The notes under the pieces: generated by a model
What the model was told of the DNA's origin: nothing
The model's input: the letters and a program-made list of their open reading frames with translations, nothing else
Databases searched by the model: none
Made by a program: the position numbers and the translations under genes
Shown: one piece after another, positions 20,120-28,277 of the stretch
Layout: each line of letters starts with the position of its first letter
Numbering within the stretch: position 1 is the stretch's first letter
NCBI GenBank assembly: GCA_913054375.1
Contig: CAJXIQ010000001.1
Coordinates: 1,200-65,199 of the forward strand
Direction: 5' to 3'
DNA length: 64,000 nucleotides
From: an uncultured Bacteroidota bacterium
Lineage (GTDB): Bacteria; Bacteroidota; Bacteroidia; NS11-12g; UBA9320

Positions 20120-21001
20120 ATGTTCAAATCAGCATTCATAACGATACTTGGTCTACCCAACGCAGGAAAGTCTACTTTTCTAAACGCAGCTTTGGGCGAA
20201 GATCTTGTGATTACCAACCCAAAGGCACAAACTACGCGTCACCGAATAAAAGGAATACTAAACGGAGAGGGGTACCAACTTGTATTTAGCGATACGCCTG
20301 GCATTATAGAAGAATCTGCTTATCGCCTCCAAGAGGCAATGATGGGCGCAGTGAACGAATCGCTTGAAGATGCAGATGCCGTGCTTCTGATCTTAGACGG
20401 GCAATATCCTAAAATAGAGCAGTTTGAAGCATATAAAAACAGAATAAAATGCCCGCTAGTTGTGGTCATGAATAAGGCAGATTTAGTGGCAAACCAAGAC
20501 AAGCTACAAGCAGATATTACCGTAGTTAAAGAATACTTAAGCACAGAACATGTATATGCGGCTAGTGCATTAGAAAATTTTAATATAGACGGTATTATAA
20601 AAACACTTGTTGGACTTGCTCCTGAACACCCTGCTTTTTATGATACAGACAGTATTAGCGATGAAAATGTTCGTTTTCTTGTAAGTGAAATGATACGTGA
20701 GCAAATTCTTACGCAGTTCAAAAAAGAAATACCCTACAGTGTAGAAGTAAATGTGACAGAGTACAACGAGAAAGAAAAACTAGACGAGATCTACGCAACA
20801 ATAAATGTAGAGCGAGATTCACAAAAAGGAATTTTACTTGGTCGAGGGGGTTCGGCAATTAAAAATCTCGGTATCGCTTCTCGAAAAAGAATAGAAGATT
20901 TCATTAAAAAGAAAATATTCCTGTCTCTCACCATAAAAGTGAAAAAGGACTGGCGTAGCGATGAGCAACAGTTGCAACGCTTTGGTTATCTTAAGAAATA
21001 A
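20120..21001 (+). CDS. era: GTPase Era
   Basis: GLPNAGKST, QTTR, DTPG, NKAD and KH domain (EIPYSVEV, SQKGILLG); TACCTTTG box 5 nt before ATG. Confidence 0.97.
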   Translation: MFKSAFITILGLPNAGKSTFLNAALGEDLVITNPKAQTTRHRIKGILNGEGYQLVFSDTPGIIEESAYRLQEAMMGAVNESLEDADAVLLILDGQYPKIEQFEAYKNRIKCPLVVVMNKADLVANQDKLQADITVVKEYLSTEHVYAASALENFNIDGIIKTLVGLAPEHPAFYDTDSISDENVRFLVSEMIREQILTQFKKEIPYSVEVNVTEYNEKEKLDEIYATINVERDSQKGILLGRGGSAIKNLGIASRKRIEDFIKKKIFLSLTIKVKKDWRSDEQQLQRFGYLKK

Positions 21002-21029
21002 CTACGCGTATACTTTTAACCTACCTTTG

Positions 21030-21100
21030 CGGTGTCGTAAAGCATTATTCTTAGTAGGGTTTTTATACAAAATACGACACAGGCTGCGGATAGCAGAAAC
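21030..21100 (+). ncRNA. Probable engA cis-regulatory leader RNA
   Basis: Directly after a TACCTTTG promoter (21022-29): stem GTGTCGTA 21032-39 / TACGACAC 21073-80, then hairpin CTGC-GGATA-GCAG 21084-96, upstream of der. An engA leader motif is known from Bacteroidota; no covariance-model check was possible. Confidence 0.55.
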
Positions 21101-21128
21101 ATAGCATTATTAAAAAAGACATTATAAA

Positions 21129-22433
21129 ATGGCAGGAATAGTAGCGATAGTTGGAAGACCCAACGTAGGAAAATCTACCCTTTTTAACAGACTAATAGGC
21201 GAGCGAAAAGCCATAGTGGACAACGTGAGTGGCGTAACGCGTGATAGGCATTACGGCAAAAGTGACTGGATCGGGAAAGAGTTTACGGTAATAGATACCG
21301 GTGGATACGTAAAAGACAGTACAGATATATTTGAGGCTCACATACGTGAACAAGTAGAATTAGCTATTGGGGAAGCAGATGTATTGCTCTTTATGGTAGA
21401 CTCTGTTCTAGACCCCAACGATCTAGATATTGCTTTCTTTAGAATCGTAAGAGAAAGCAACAAACCTTATCTTTTAGTAGCCAATAAGGCTGACAACGAT
21501 GAACGTATGTTTATGTCTAACTCCTATTACACTATGGGTGTAGATATGATATACCCCATATCTTCTCTTACGGGGAGTGGTACGGGTGAGTTGTTAGATG
21601 AATTAGTAAGCTTATTGCCAGAGGGAGACCTTGAGCTAGATGACGACATACCAAAAATTGCTTTTGTTGGTAGGCCAAATGCGGGTAAATCTACTATTTG
21701 CAACACGTTGCTTGGAGAGGAAAGAAATATTGTAACCGATGTGCCGGGTACCACACGAGACACCCTTTTTGTAAGATACAAAGCTTTCAATAATGACCTA
21801 TACCTTGTAGATACTGCTGGTGTGCGCAAGAAAAGTAAAGTAAGTGAAGATATAGAGTTTTACTCGGTAATGCGTAGCATACGAGCTATCGAAAATGTAG
21901 ATGTTGTGGCTCTGGTAGTAGATGCTACACGCGGTCTGGAAGCTCAAGATATGAATCTTTTTAGTCTTGCTCAAAAGAATGGAAAGGGAGTTGTCATAAT
22001 TATAAACAAATGGGACCTTGTTGAAAAAGACACCCACACCGCTAAAGAGTACGAAGCGTTAGTGAAGTCTAAAATTGCTCCATTTGTAGATGTACCTATT
22101 CTTTTTGTATCTGCACTTACTAAAAAAAGAGTACTTAAAGCACTCGATGAACTTATGAAAGTTCATGCCTCTATGAAAACACGATTAACCACATCTAAGC
22201 TAAACGACTTCTTCTTACCTATAATAGAGAGACAGCCGCCACCATCGCTAAAAGGAAAATACATAAAAATAAAATATGTAACACAACTACCAACACAGTG
22301 TCCCAGCTTTGCGTTCTTCTGTAACCTACCACAATATATAGGTGATAGTTACAAACGTTTCTTAGAAAATAAACTGCGAGCTAATTACGATTTTAGCGGT
22401 ATACCGGTGCGTATTTATTTCAGAAAAAAATAG
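21129..22433 (+). CDS. der: Ribosome biogenesis GTPase Der (EngA)
   Basis: Two G domains (GRPNVGKST/DTGG/NKAD and GRPNAGKST/DTAG/NKWD) plus KH-like tail (YKRFLENKLR). Confidence 0.98.
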   Translation: MAGIVAIVGRPNVGKSTLFNRLIGERKAIVDNVSGVTRDRHYGKSDWIGKEFTVIDTGGYVKDSTDIFEAHIREQVELAIGEADVLLFMVDSVLDPNDLDIAFFRIVRESNKPYLLVANKADNDERMFMSNSYYTMGVDMIYPISSLTGSGTGELLDELVSLLPEGDLELDDDIPKIAFVGRPNAGKSTICNTLLGEERNIVTDVPGTTRDTLFVRYKAFNNDLYLVDTAGVRKKSKVSEDIEFYSVMRSIRAIENVDVVALVVDATRGLEAQDMNLFSLAQKNGKGVVIIINKWDLVEKDTHTAKEYEALVKSKIAPFVDVPILFVSALTKKRVLKALDELMKVHASMKTRLTTSKLNDFFLPIIERQPPPSLKGKYIKIKYVTQLPTQCPSFAFFCNLPQYIGDSYKRFLENKLRANYDFSGIPVRIYFRKK

Positions 22434-22491
22434 TTGATAATATTATTTATATTCGCGGCTTAAATATTTAACAATTAAAATTTTACGTAAA

Positions 22492-22746
22492 ATGAAAAAA
22501 ATTATTGCTCTATTCGCTATTGTTTCTTTAGGTTTTGTAGCTTGTAACAACGCTGCTGAAACTAAAGATGCAGAAACAGAAAATGTTGAAGAAGCTGCAG
22601 CTGAGGCTGAAGCTATGGTTGACGAAACAGTTGACTCTACTGAAGCTACAGAAGAAGTGACTGAAGAAGCTACAGAAGAAGCTACAGAAGCTACTGAAGA
22701 AGTTGCTGAGGAAGCTGCTGAAGAAGCTACTGAAGAAGCTATGTAA
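22492..22746 (+). CDS. Small acidic low-complexity lipoprotein
   Basis: MKK signal, lipobox FVA-C, Glu/Ala/Thr-rich body, strongly biased GAA/GCT codons and its own terminator. Confidence 0.8.
   Translation: MKKIIALFAIVSLGFVACNNAAETKDAETENVEEAAAEAEAMVDETVDSTEATEEVTEEATEEATEATEEVAEEAAEEATEEAM
22636..22740 (+). repeat. Degenerate 12-nt tandem coding repeat (E-A/V-T/A-E units)
   Basis: Repeated GAAGCTACWGAA-like units encoding EATE/EVTE/EVAE. Confidence 0.7.
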
Positions 22747-22764
22747 TTAGCTGTTTTAGTTATT

Positions 22765-22797
22765 AAAAAAGGTTGCTCATAGAGCAACCTTTTTTTT
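22765..22797 (+). terminator. Intrinsic terminator
   Basis: AAAAAA-GGTTGCTC-ATA-GAGCAACC-TTTTTTTT. Confidence 0.9.
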
Positions 22798-22839
22798 GTT
22801 ATAGTGTTTTTGTGCTTTTTGTATTCTTATTTTGCTTCT

Positions 22840-23016
22840 ATGAAATACGCCCTAGTGATATGTCTCGCATTTGCTTGTACACCTAAAAATAACAAATCAG
22901 AAGAAATTGAAAATAACGCTGTTCTTTCTTCTGAAATAGAAGCTGTAGATGTTATGTTACAAAAAGATCAACAACGCATTGACTCTATGGAACGTGCCTT
23001 GTTTAATCAAAATTAA
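22840..23016 (+). CDS. Small putative lipoprotein
   Basis: Probable start MKYALVICLAFA-C at 22840; TTATTTTG -7-like box 5 nt upstream. Confidence 0.55.
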   Translation: MKYALVICLAFACTPKNNKSEEIENNAVLSSEIEAVDVMLQKDQQRIDSMERALFNQN

Positions 23017-23044
23017 AATAAGTAAACTTAAAACCTCTATCTGT

Positions 23045-24052
23045 TTATAGGTTTACAAACTGATCTAAAAATCGCTTGTCACTATTAAAAAAAGTACGTA
23101 AATCTTTTACACCATATTTAAGCATTGCTATTCGATCTACACCAAGACCAAAAGCAAAACCACTGTATTCTTTACTATCAATATTACAATTTTCTAAAAC
23201 ATTAGGATCCACCATTCCGCACCCTAGTATTTCTAACCATCCAGTTCCTTTAGTTAATCTGGCGTCTGATTCTGTTTCAATACCTAGATAAATATCCATT
23301 TCTGCACTTGGTTCTGTAAATGGAAAATAAGAAGCTCTAAACCTAACCCTTGTATTCGCCCCAAAAAATTCTTGAACGAAATTATATAGTGTTTGTTTTA
23401 GATCTGAGAAAGAAACTCCTTTATCAATATATAAACCCTCAACTTGGTGAAAAAAACAGTTAGAACGGGCTGAAATAGCCTCGTTTCTATAAACCCGGCC
23501 CGGCATTATACTTCTTATTGGTAATTCACCTTTTTCCATTAATCTTACCTGTACTGATGATGTATGTGTTCTAAGCGCAATATCTTCTCCTACAAAAAAA
23601 GTATCCTGCATATCACGGGCTGGGTGATTGTACGGAAAATTTAATGCAGAAAAATTATGCCAGTCATCTTCCACTTCAGGACCAGTAGCAACTGAAAAAC
23701 CTAATCGCTCAAAAATTAAACTCATCTCATCTACTACAAAACTTATAGGATGCCTACTACCTAAATTCGAAAAATAGCCAGGTAAGTCTTGTTCTTCTAG
23801 TATTGAAGAATCATCGGTACTTAATTTTAATTGAGCTTCATTAAAAATTGCTTCTATTTTTTGTTTTGCAATATTTACCTCTTTACCCCAAATCTTTTTT
23901 TCCTCACCAACTAGTGATTTAAATTCTTGAAACAACTCATTCACTAATCCTTTTTTTACTAGAAACTTTAATCGGAAATTTTCCAATTCTTCTTTTGTAG
24001 TAATTGTGTGTTTCTTTGATTGCTGAATTAGATTATCTATTTGATCCTTCAT
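23045..24052 (-). CDS. pheS: Phenylalanine-tRNA ligase alpha subunit
   Basis: HPARDMQDTF, LRTHTS, FHQVEG, YFPFTEPS and GFAFGLG; start MKDQID at 24052. Confidence 0.97.
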   Translation of the reverse strand: MKDQIDNLIQQSKKHTITTKEELENFRLKFLVKKGLVNELFQEFKSLVGEEKKIWGKEVNIAKQKIEAIFNEAQLKLSTDDSSILEEQDLPGYFSNLGSRHPISFVVDEMSLIFERLGFSVATGPEVEDDWHNFSALNFPYNHPARDMQDTFFVGEDIALRTHTSSVQVRLMEKGELPIRSIMPGRVYRNEAISARSNCFFHQVEGLYIDKGVSFSDLKQTLYNFVQEFFGANTRVRFRASYFPFTEPSAEMDIYLGIETESDARLTKGTGWLEILGCGMVDPNVLENCNIDSKEYSGFAFGLGVDRIAMLKYGVKDLRTFFNSDKRFLDQFVNL

Positions 24053-24076
24053 TTTCTCTGTTGCAAAGAAAAACAA

Positions 24077-24469
24077 TCTGAACGTTTACCATCAATCAAA
24101 ACATTCCAAAATCACTCTATCCACTTTCTTATTTACTTTTAAAAAGAATTTATAAAGATATAATAGTAGTAATATAAGTGTCTGTGGATTCGGTGGTAAA
24201 TAAATTATGAATTACGGTTAATAACATGAAATTAACATACTAGTTAATTATATTCTATTACTAATGAATAAATTAACAAATTAGAGTACTAATGTTAATT
24301 AGACTTATACCATAGTTTTGTGGATAAAGCAATTGTGTATATAGATACAGTTTTATGTGTATGAAGACTGTGTTAAATTATCAGTTTCGTGTATATCATT
24401 TTTAAGAGGAATTATTTATGACTTATACCTACCTTATAACATACGGTGTTATTAAGTGTGTTGATAAAC
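24077..24469. other. Probable chromosomal replication origin (oriC)
   Basis: ORF-free AT-rich gap with perfect TGTGGATAA 24319-27 and near matches at 24117-25, 24183-91, 24334-42, 24356-64, 24369-77 and 24459-67. TAA/TAG trio run at 24161-72. Skew flips between the flanking genes; mnmG and parS sites are nearby. Confidence 0.85.
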
Positions 24470-25990
24470 CTATTTAATATTGATTATCAGATCTTTATCC
24501 CAATTTTGACGCAGTTCAAACTCTTTAGTTAGTGTTACAGATTCTGGAGGTGTTAAAGTGAACACATTTCCGGTGTCCCATATACCATTATTATTACTAT
24601 CGGAATAAATTATAACCTGGTAAGTAGATGGTTGTAATTTATTAAATGTCAATACTTTAGAACCATTAAACCGAGCCTTTTTTATAATTTTATTGTTGTT
24701 TAATATATGCAGAATGTAAGTTATATTACTAGTTGTATTAATAGTTAACTTTAGGTGTGTAAGGTCTTTGTTTTTATAGTTACAAGTTAACGTATCGCTA
24801 GTATTACTCTTTTTATAAATATCTGTAATTGCACCTGTTTTTAAGTGTATTATAGCATTATTATAATATGTGTTAGTATTAATATAAAAGGAAAATGTAT
24901 CGATAAAAGATACTGTAAAAGGAGAATTTATAGAGTCTAATAGAAGTTTTATTTTAGAAGTATCTAGTGATAATATAGGAGTTTTAGTTCGTACTAAAAG
25001 TTTCTTAGCTGATGACTGTATAGTGGGTTTAAGGGTGTATTTATATTTAGAAGGGGTTAGTATATTTTTAAAGTTAAAGGTGTCCGACGCTACAATAATA
25101 GATAATGGAAGCGTGTCTAATAGTTGGGTGTATATAATAGTAATAGTATCTTTTGTATGAGATAGATTAAACGATACTGGTTGTTTATTGAATAACGTTA
25201 AAAGGGTGTCAGTTATAAGCGGCTTATTTGATATAAACTGATAAACTCCGGGCGTTTTCTGTTCACGAAAATCTAGTTTAAAGTTATCGGTATTTTTATT
25301 AATAAAGACATATAAAGAGTCATTATTAGTAGTGTCTGTATGTCTTTTTTTAGGTATTGATATTAGTTCATTGTTTTCAAAATAAAGGTTGTTATTGTCA
25401 TCGCTCAGTGCTAAAGATGTAAACAGCTTGTTGGGTAAATTATGAAAAGAAAAAGCACCTGTTTTGTCAGTCCGTGTTAAGTAACTTGGTTTCACTTTAA
25501 GTAGTGTGGTGTCTGTATAATTATCGTAAAGATGCACATTACATTCAATACAGGGATCTTTGGTTATATAATTAATAACAACGCCATTATAGGCTGCAGA
25601 GTCTAGATAACTACCGGTTGAAAATATAAAGTTGTAATCAGAAAGCGGATTGTTTTCGTTGATGTCGGTTATCGCACCGTTAAATTGAAAAGTGTATGTA
25701 GTATTTGGTATAAGGTCGTCATTTAACTCAATAGATAGTCTTTTCTTTTTTACCGTGATTGTGGGGGGTTTACTTTGGTTTGGAGATATGAGTAACTTAT
25801 CAGCTGCTTGTTTCAGTTGTACATACTCGTTAAAATCAAAGTAAAATATAGTGGTAGTTACATGTGTAGCTGCACTATCAATAGAGGTGTTTATTACATC
25901 AGGAGGTAGCTCATCTTTATCCCCGCCAGATAAAGGTTGTATAGATGCACAACTTGCAAAGAGAAAAGAAAGGATAATAAAGTACTTCAT
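24470..25990 (-). CDS. Ig-like (Big_5) domain lipoprotein
   Basis: Lipobox FAS-C followed by ASIQPLSGGDKDELPP; FNEYV, LIPNTTYTFQF and DSNNNGIWDTG; this family commonly follows mnmG in Bacteroidota. Confidence 0.8.
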   Translation of the reverse strand: MKYFIILSFLFASCASIQPLSGGDKDELPPDVINTSIDSAATHVTTTIFYFDFNEYVQLKQAADKLLISPNQSKPPTITVKKKRLSIELNDDLIPNTTYTFQFNGAITDINENNPLSDYNFIFSTGSYLDSAAYNGVVINYITKDPCIECNVHLYDNYTDTTLLKVKPSYLTRTDKTGAFSFHNLPNKLFTSLALSDDNNNLYFENNELISIPKKRHTDTTNNDSLYVFINKNTDNFKLDFREQKTPGVYQFISNKPLITDTLLTLFNKQPVSFNLSHTKDTITIIYTQLLDTLPLSIIVASDTFNFKNILTPSKYKYTLKPTIQSSAKKLLVRTKTPILSLDTSKIKLLLDSINSPFTVSFIDTFSFYINTNTYYNNAIIHLKTGAITDIYKKSNTSDTLTCNYKNKDLTHLKLTINTTSNITYILHILNNNKIIKKARFNGSKVLTFNKLQPSTYQVIIYSDSNNNGIWDTGNVFTLTPPESVTLTKEFELRQNWDKDLIINIK

Positions 25991-27844
25991 TTACCGGCCG
26001 AAATGTACTAATAATACAGATATATCAGCAGGACTTACACCGCTTATTCTAGAGGCTTGTCCAATATTTTCTGGTTTTATTTGGTTGAGTTTATCGCGGG
26101 CTTCCAAAGAAAGAGATTTAATGGTTTCGAAATCAAAAGTTTGATCAATTTTAAGTTTCTCTAATCGAATAAGTTTTTCTACGTTTTCTTGTTCGGTTTG
26201 TATGTATCCTCTATATTTTAGTTGAATTTCAGCTTGCTCTATTTCAGCATCATTAAAGTCTGATAGTAAGAGTTTTATAGAGTTTATCTCTAGTAATTGT
26301 TTATAGTTTATTTGTGGTCTTGAAAGTACTTTATCTATAAGGTAGTTTTGGGGTATTTCTGCCGTACCGTACTTAGTTAATATTGGATTTGCATCGTTTG
26401 GTGTGACTGTTTTTTTACTAATAATTTTATTTACAGACGATATGTTGTTTGCCTTATTTTGGAGAGTGTCAAACTCTGCTGAGCTTATTGTTCCAAGCTT
26501 TGCGGCCAGCGGCATAAGTCTCAGGTCTGCGTTATCTTGTCTTAACAGTATGCGATATTCCGCTCTGCTTGTAAACATTCTGTAGGGTTCTTTGGTGCCT
26601 TTGTTTACGAGGTCATCTATCAACACGCCAATGTATGCGTCGCTGCGGCGAAGAACGAAGGGTTCGCTATTGTTGATGTTGTTATGTGCGTTTATTCCAG
26701 CCATCAACCCTTGGCACGCTGCTTCTTCGTACCCTGTTGTTCCATTTATTTGACCTGCAAAGAATAGGTTTTTTATCCCTTTAGTTTCTAGGTTCAATTT
26801 TAGTTGTGTAGGATAAAAAAAGTCATATTCAATAGCGTATCCGGGTCTAAAAATTTTAGCGTTTTCAAATCCATTAATCTGTCTTAATGCTTTGTATTGA
26901 ATTTCTTGAGGTAGAGAAGTGCTAAATCCATTGATATAGGTTTCATAGGTGTTCCAACCTTCTGGTTCTACAAATATTTGATGGCGCGTACGTTCAGCAA
27001 ACCGATTTACTTTATCCTCTACAGAGGGGCAGTATCGAGGACCAACACCTTGTATAGCTCCGTTGAATAGGGGGCTATCGGCAAATGCGCTTCTTAGGGT
27101 ATCGTGTACTTGTTCGTTTGTATAGGTTATGTGACAAGAGTGTTGTTTCTGAATGGTGGTTGGTTTACGGAATGAAAAACATTGCGGGTCTTTATCTCCT
27201 GCTTGTTCTTCCATTTTGGAATAGTCAATAGTACGTCCATCTACACGTGGCGGTGTTCCGGTTTTCATACGCCCCGCCTCAAACCCTAACGACACTAGTT
27301 GCTCTGTAATACCATAGGAAGCTTTATCACCCATTCTGCCCCCTGTCATCTGTTTTCTACCAATATGTATTATGCCGTTCATAAAGGTTCCACTAGTAAG
27401 CACCACAGATTTGGCGCGGTAGGTGTTGCCAGATGTAGTTTCCACACCTACTACTGCATTTTTCTCTATAATCATTTGATTTACAGAGTCTTGTATAAAA
27501 TCGATGTTAAAGTTTTGCTCGAGCAACTCTCTCCATTTTAAGGAGAACATAGTTCTGTCGTTTTGTGATCTTGGGCTCCACATTGCTGGACCTTTGGATG
27601 TATTGAGCATGCGAAACTGCATCATACTATAGTCGGATACTATACCCGACAACCCTCCTAGTGCATCTATTTCGCGTACAATTTGTCCTTTTGCAACGCC
27701 ACCCATAGCCGGGTTGCATGACATTTTAGCGATAGTCTCCATATTCATGGTTACTAAAAGAACCTTGGATCCAAGCTTAGCGGCAATGTTTGCTGCTTCG
27801 CATCCAGCGTGCCCCGCTCCTACTACAATTAAATCGTATTCCAT
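25991..27844 (-). CDS. mnmG: tRNA uridine-5-carboxymethylaminomethyl modification enzyme MnmG (GidA)
   Basis: GAGHAGCEAA, MSCNPAMGG, KTGTPPR, GPRYCPS, GQINGTTGYEEAA and YRMFTSRAEYR. Confidence 0.98.
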   Translation of the reverse strand: MEYDLIVVGAGHAGCEAANIAAKLGSKVLLVTMNMETIAKMSCNPAMGGVAKGQIVREIDALGGLSGIVSDYSMMQFRMLNTSKGPAMWSPRSQNDRTMFSLKWRELLEQNFNIDFIQDSVNQMIIEKNAVVGVETTSGNTYRAKSVVLTSGTFMNGIIHIGRKQMTGGRMGDKASYGITEQLVSLGFEAGRMKTGTPPRVDGRTIDYSKMEEQAGDKDPQCFSFRKPTTIQKQHSCHITYTNEQVHDTLRSAFADSPLFNGAIQGVGPRYCPSVEDKVNRFAERTRHQIFVEPEGWNTYETYINGFSTSLPQEIQYKALRQINGFENAKIFRPGYAIEYDFFYPTQLKLNLETKGIKNLFFAGQINGTTGYEEAACQGLMAGINAHNNINNSEPFVLRRSDAYIGVLIDDLVNKGTKEPYRMFTSRAEYRILLRQDNADLRLMPLAAKLGTISSAEFDTLQNKANNISSVNKIISKKTVTPNDANPILTKYGTAEIPQNYLIDKVLSRPQINYKQLLEINSIKLLLSDFNDAEIEQAEIQLKYRGYIQTEQENVEKLIRLEKLKIDQTFDFETIKSLSLEARDKLNQIKPENIGQASRISGVSPADISVLLVHFGR

Positions 27845-27850
27845 ATTATT

Positions 27851-27866
27851 TGTTTCACGTGGAACA
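27851..27866. promoter_or_regulatory. parS site (ParB-binding palindrome)
   Basis: TGTTTCACGTGGAACA, 15/16 match to TGTTTCACGTGAAACA; supplies the last codons and stop of ybeY (C-S-T-stop). Confidence 0.88.
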
Positions 27867-28277
27867 GTACTGGTCTAGTAATAGATTTTCTTGTTCTCTC
27901 ATCGTTATTTTTTGTTGCGGTGTGTGATCATTGAACCCAGCGAGGTGCAACATTCCGTGAAAACATACCCGGTATAGTTCATTCTCAGCTGTTTTTCCCT
28001 CAGTTGTGGCGTTTTCCACAACCCTTTCCCAACTAATTAAAACCTCGTTGTCTTCTATGTCTTCGTCTGCTTCGTAGTCAAAGGTGATAATGTCGGTGTA
28101 GTAATCGTGGTTCAATGAGGTTTTATTAACCTCCAATAGTTCCGCGTCACTGATCACGTAGTATATAACACCTTTCTTGAGGTTTAGTTGGCGGCTTACT
28201 TTTTGGAGTATTTCTACGCTGAGCGCAAGGCGCACCTCAGAGTAATCGGTTTGAATGGTTATACTATTTGATAACAT
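27855..28277 (-). CDS. ybeY: rRNA maturation endoribonuclease YbeY
   Basis: LNHDYYTDIITFDY and the HGMLHLAGFNDH metal-binding motif. Confidence 0.93.
   Translation of the reverse strand: MLSNSITIQTDYSEVRLALSVEILQKVSRQLNLKKGVIYYVISDAELLEVNKTSLNHDYYTDIITFDYEADEDIEDNEVLISWERVVENATTEGKTAENELYRVCFHGMLHLAGFNDHTPQQKITMREQENLLLDQYCST

Noticed and set aside
22636..22740. Tandem repeats as a possible CRISPR array
   Set aside because: They are 12-nt in-frame coding repeats without unique spacers, and there are no cas genes.
22430..26500. Low-GC stretch as a horizontally acquired island
   Set aside because: It consists of core genes (pheS, mnmG) around an origin-like gap, with no mobility genes or boundaries.
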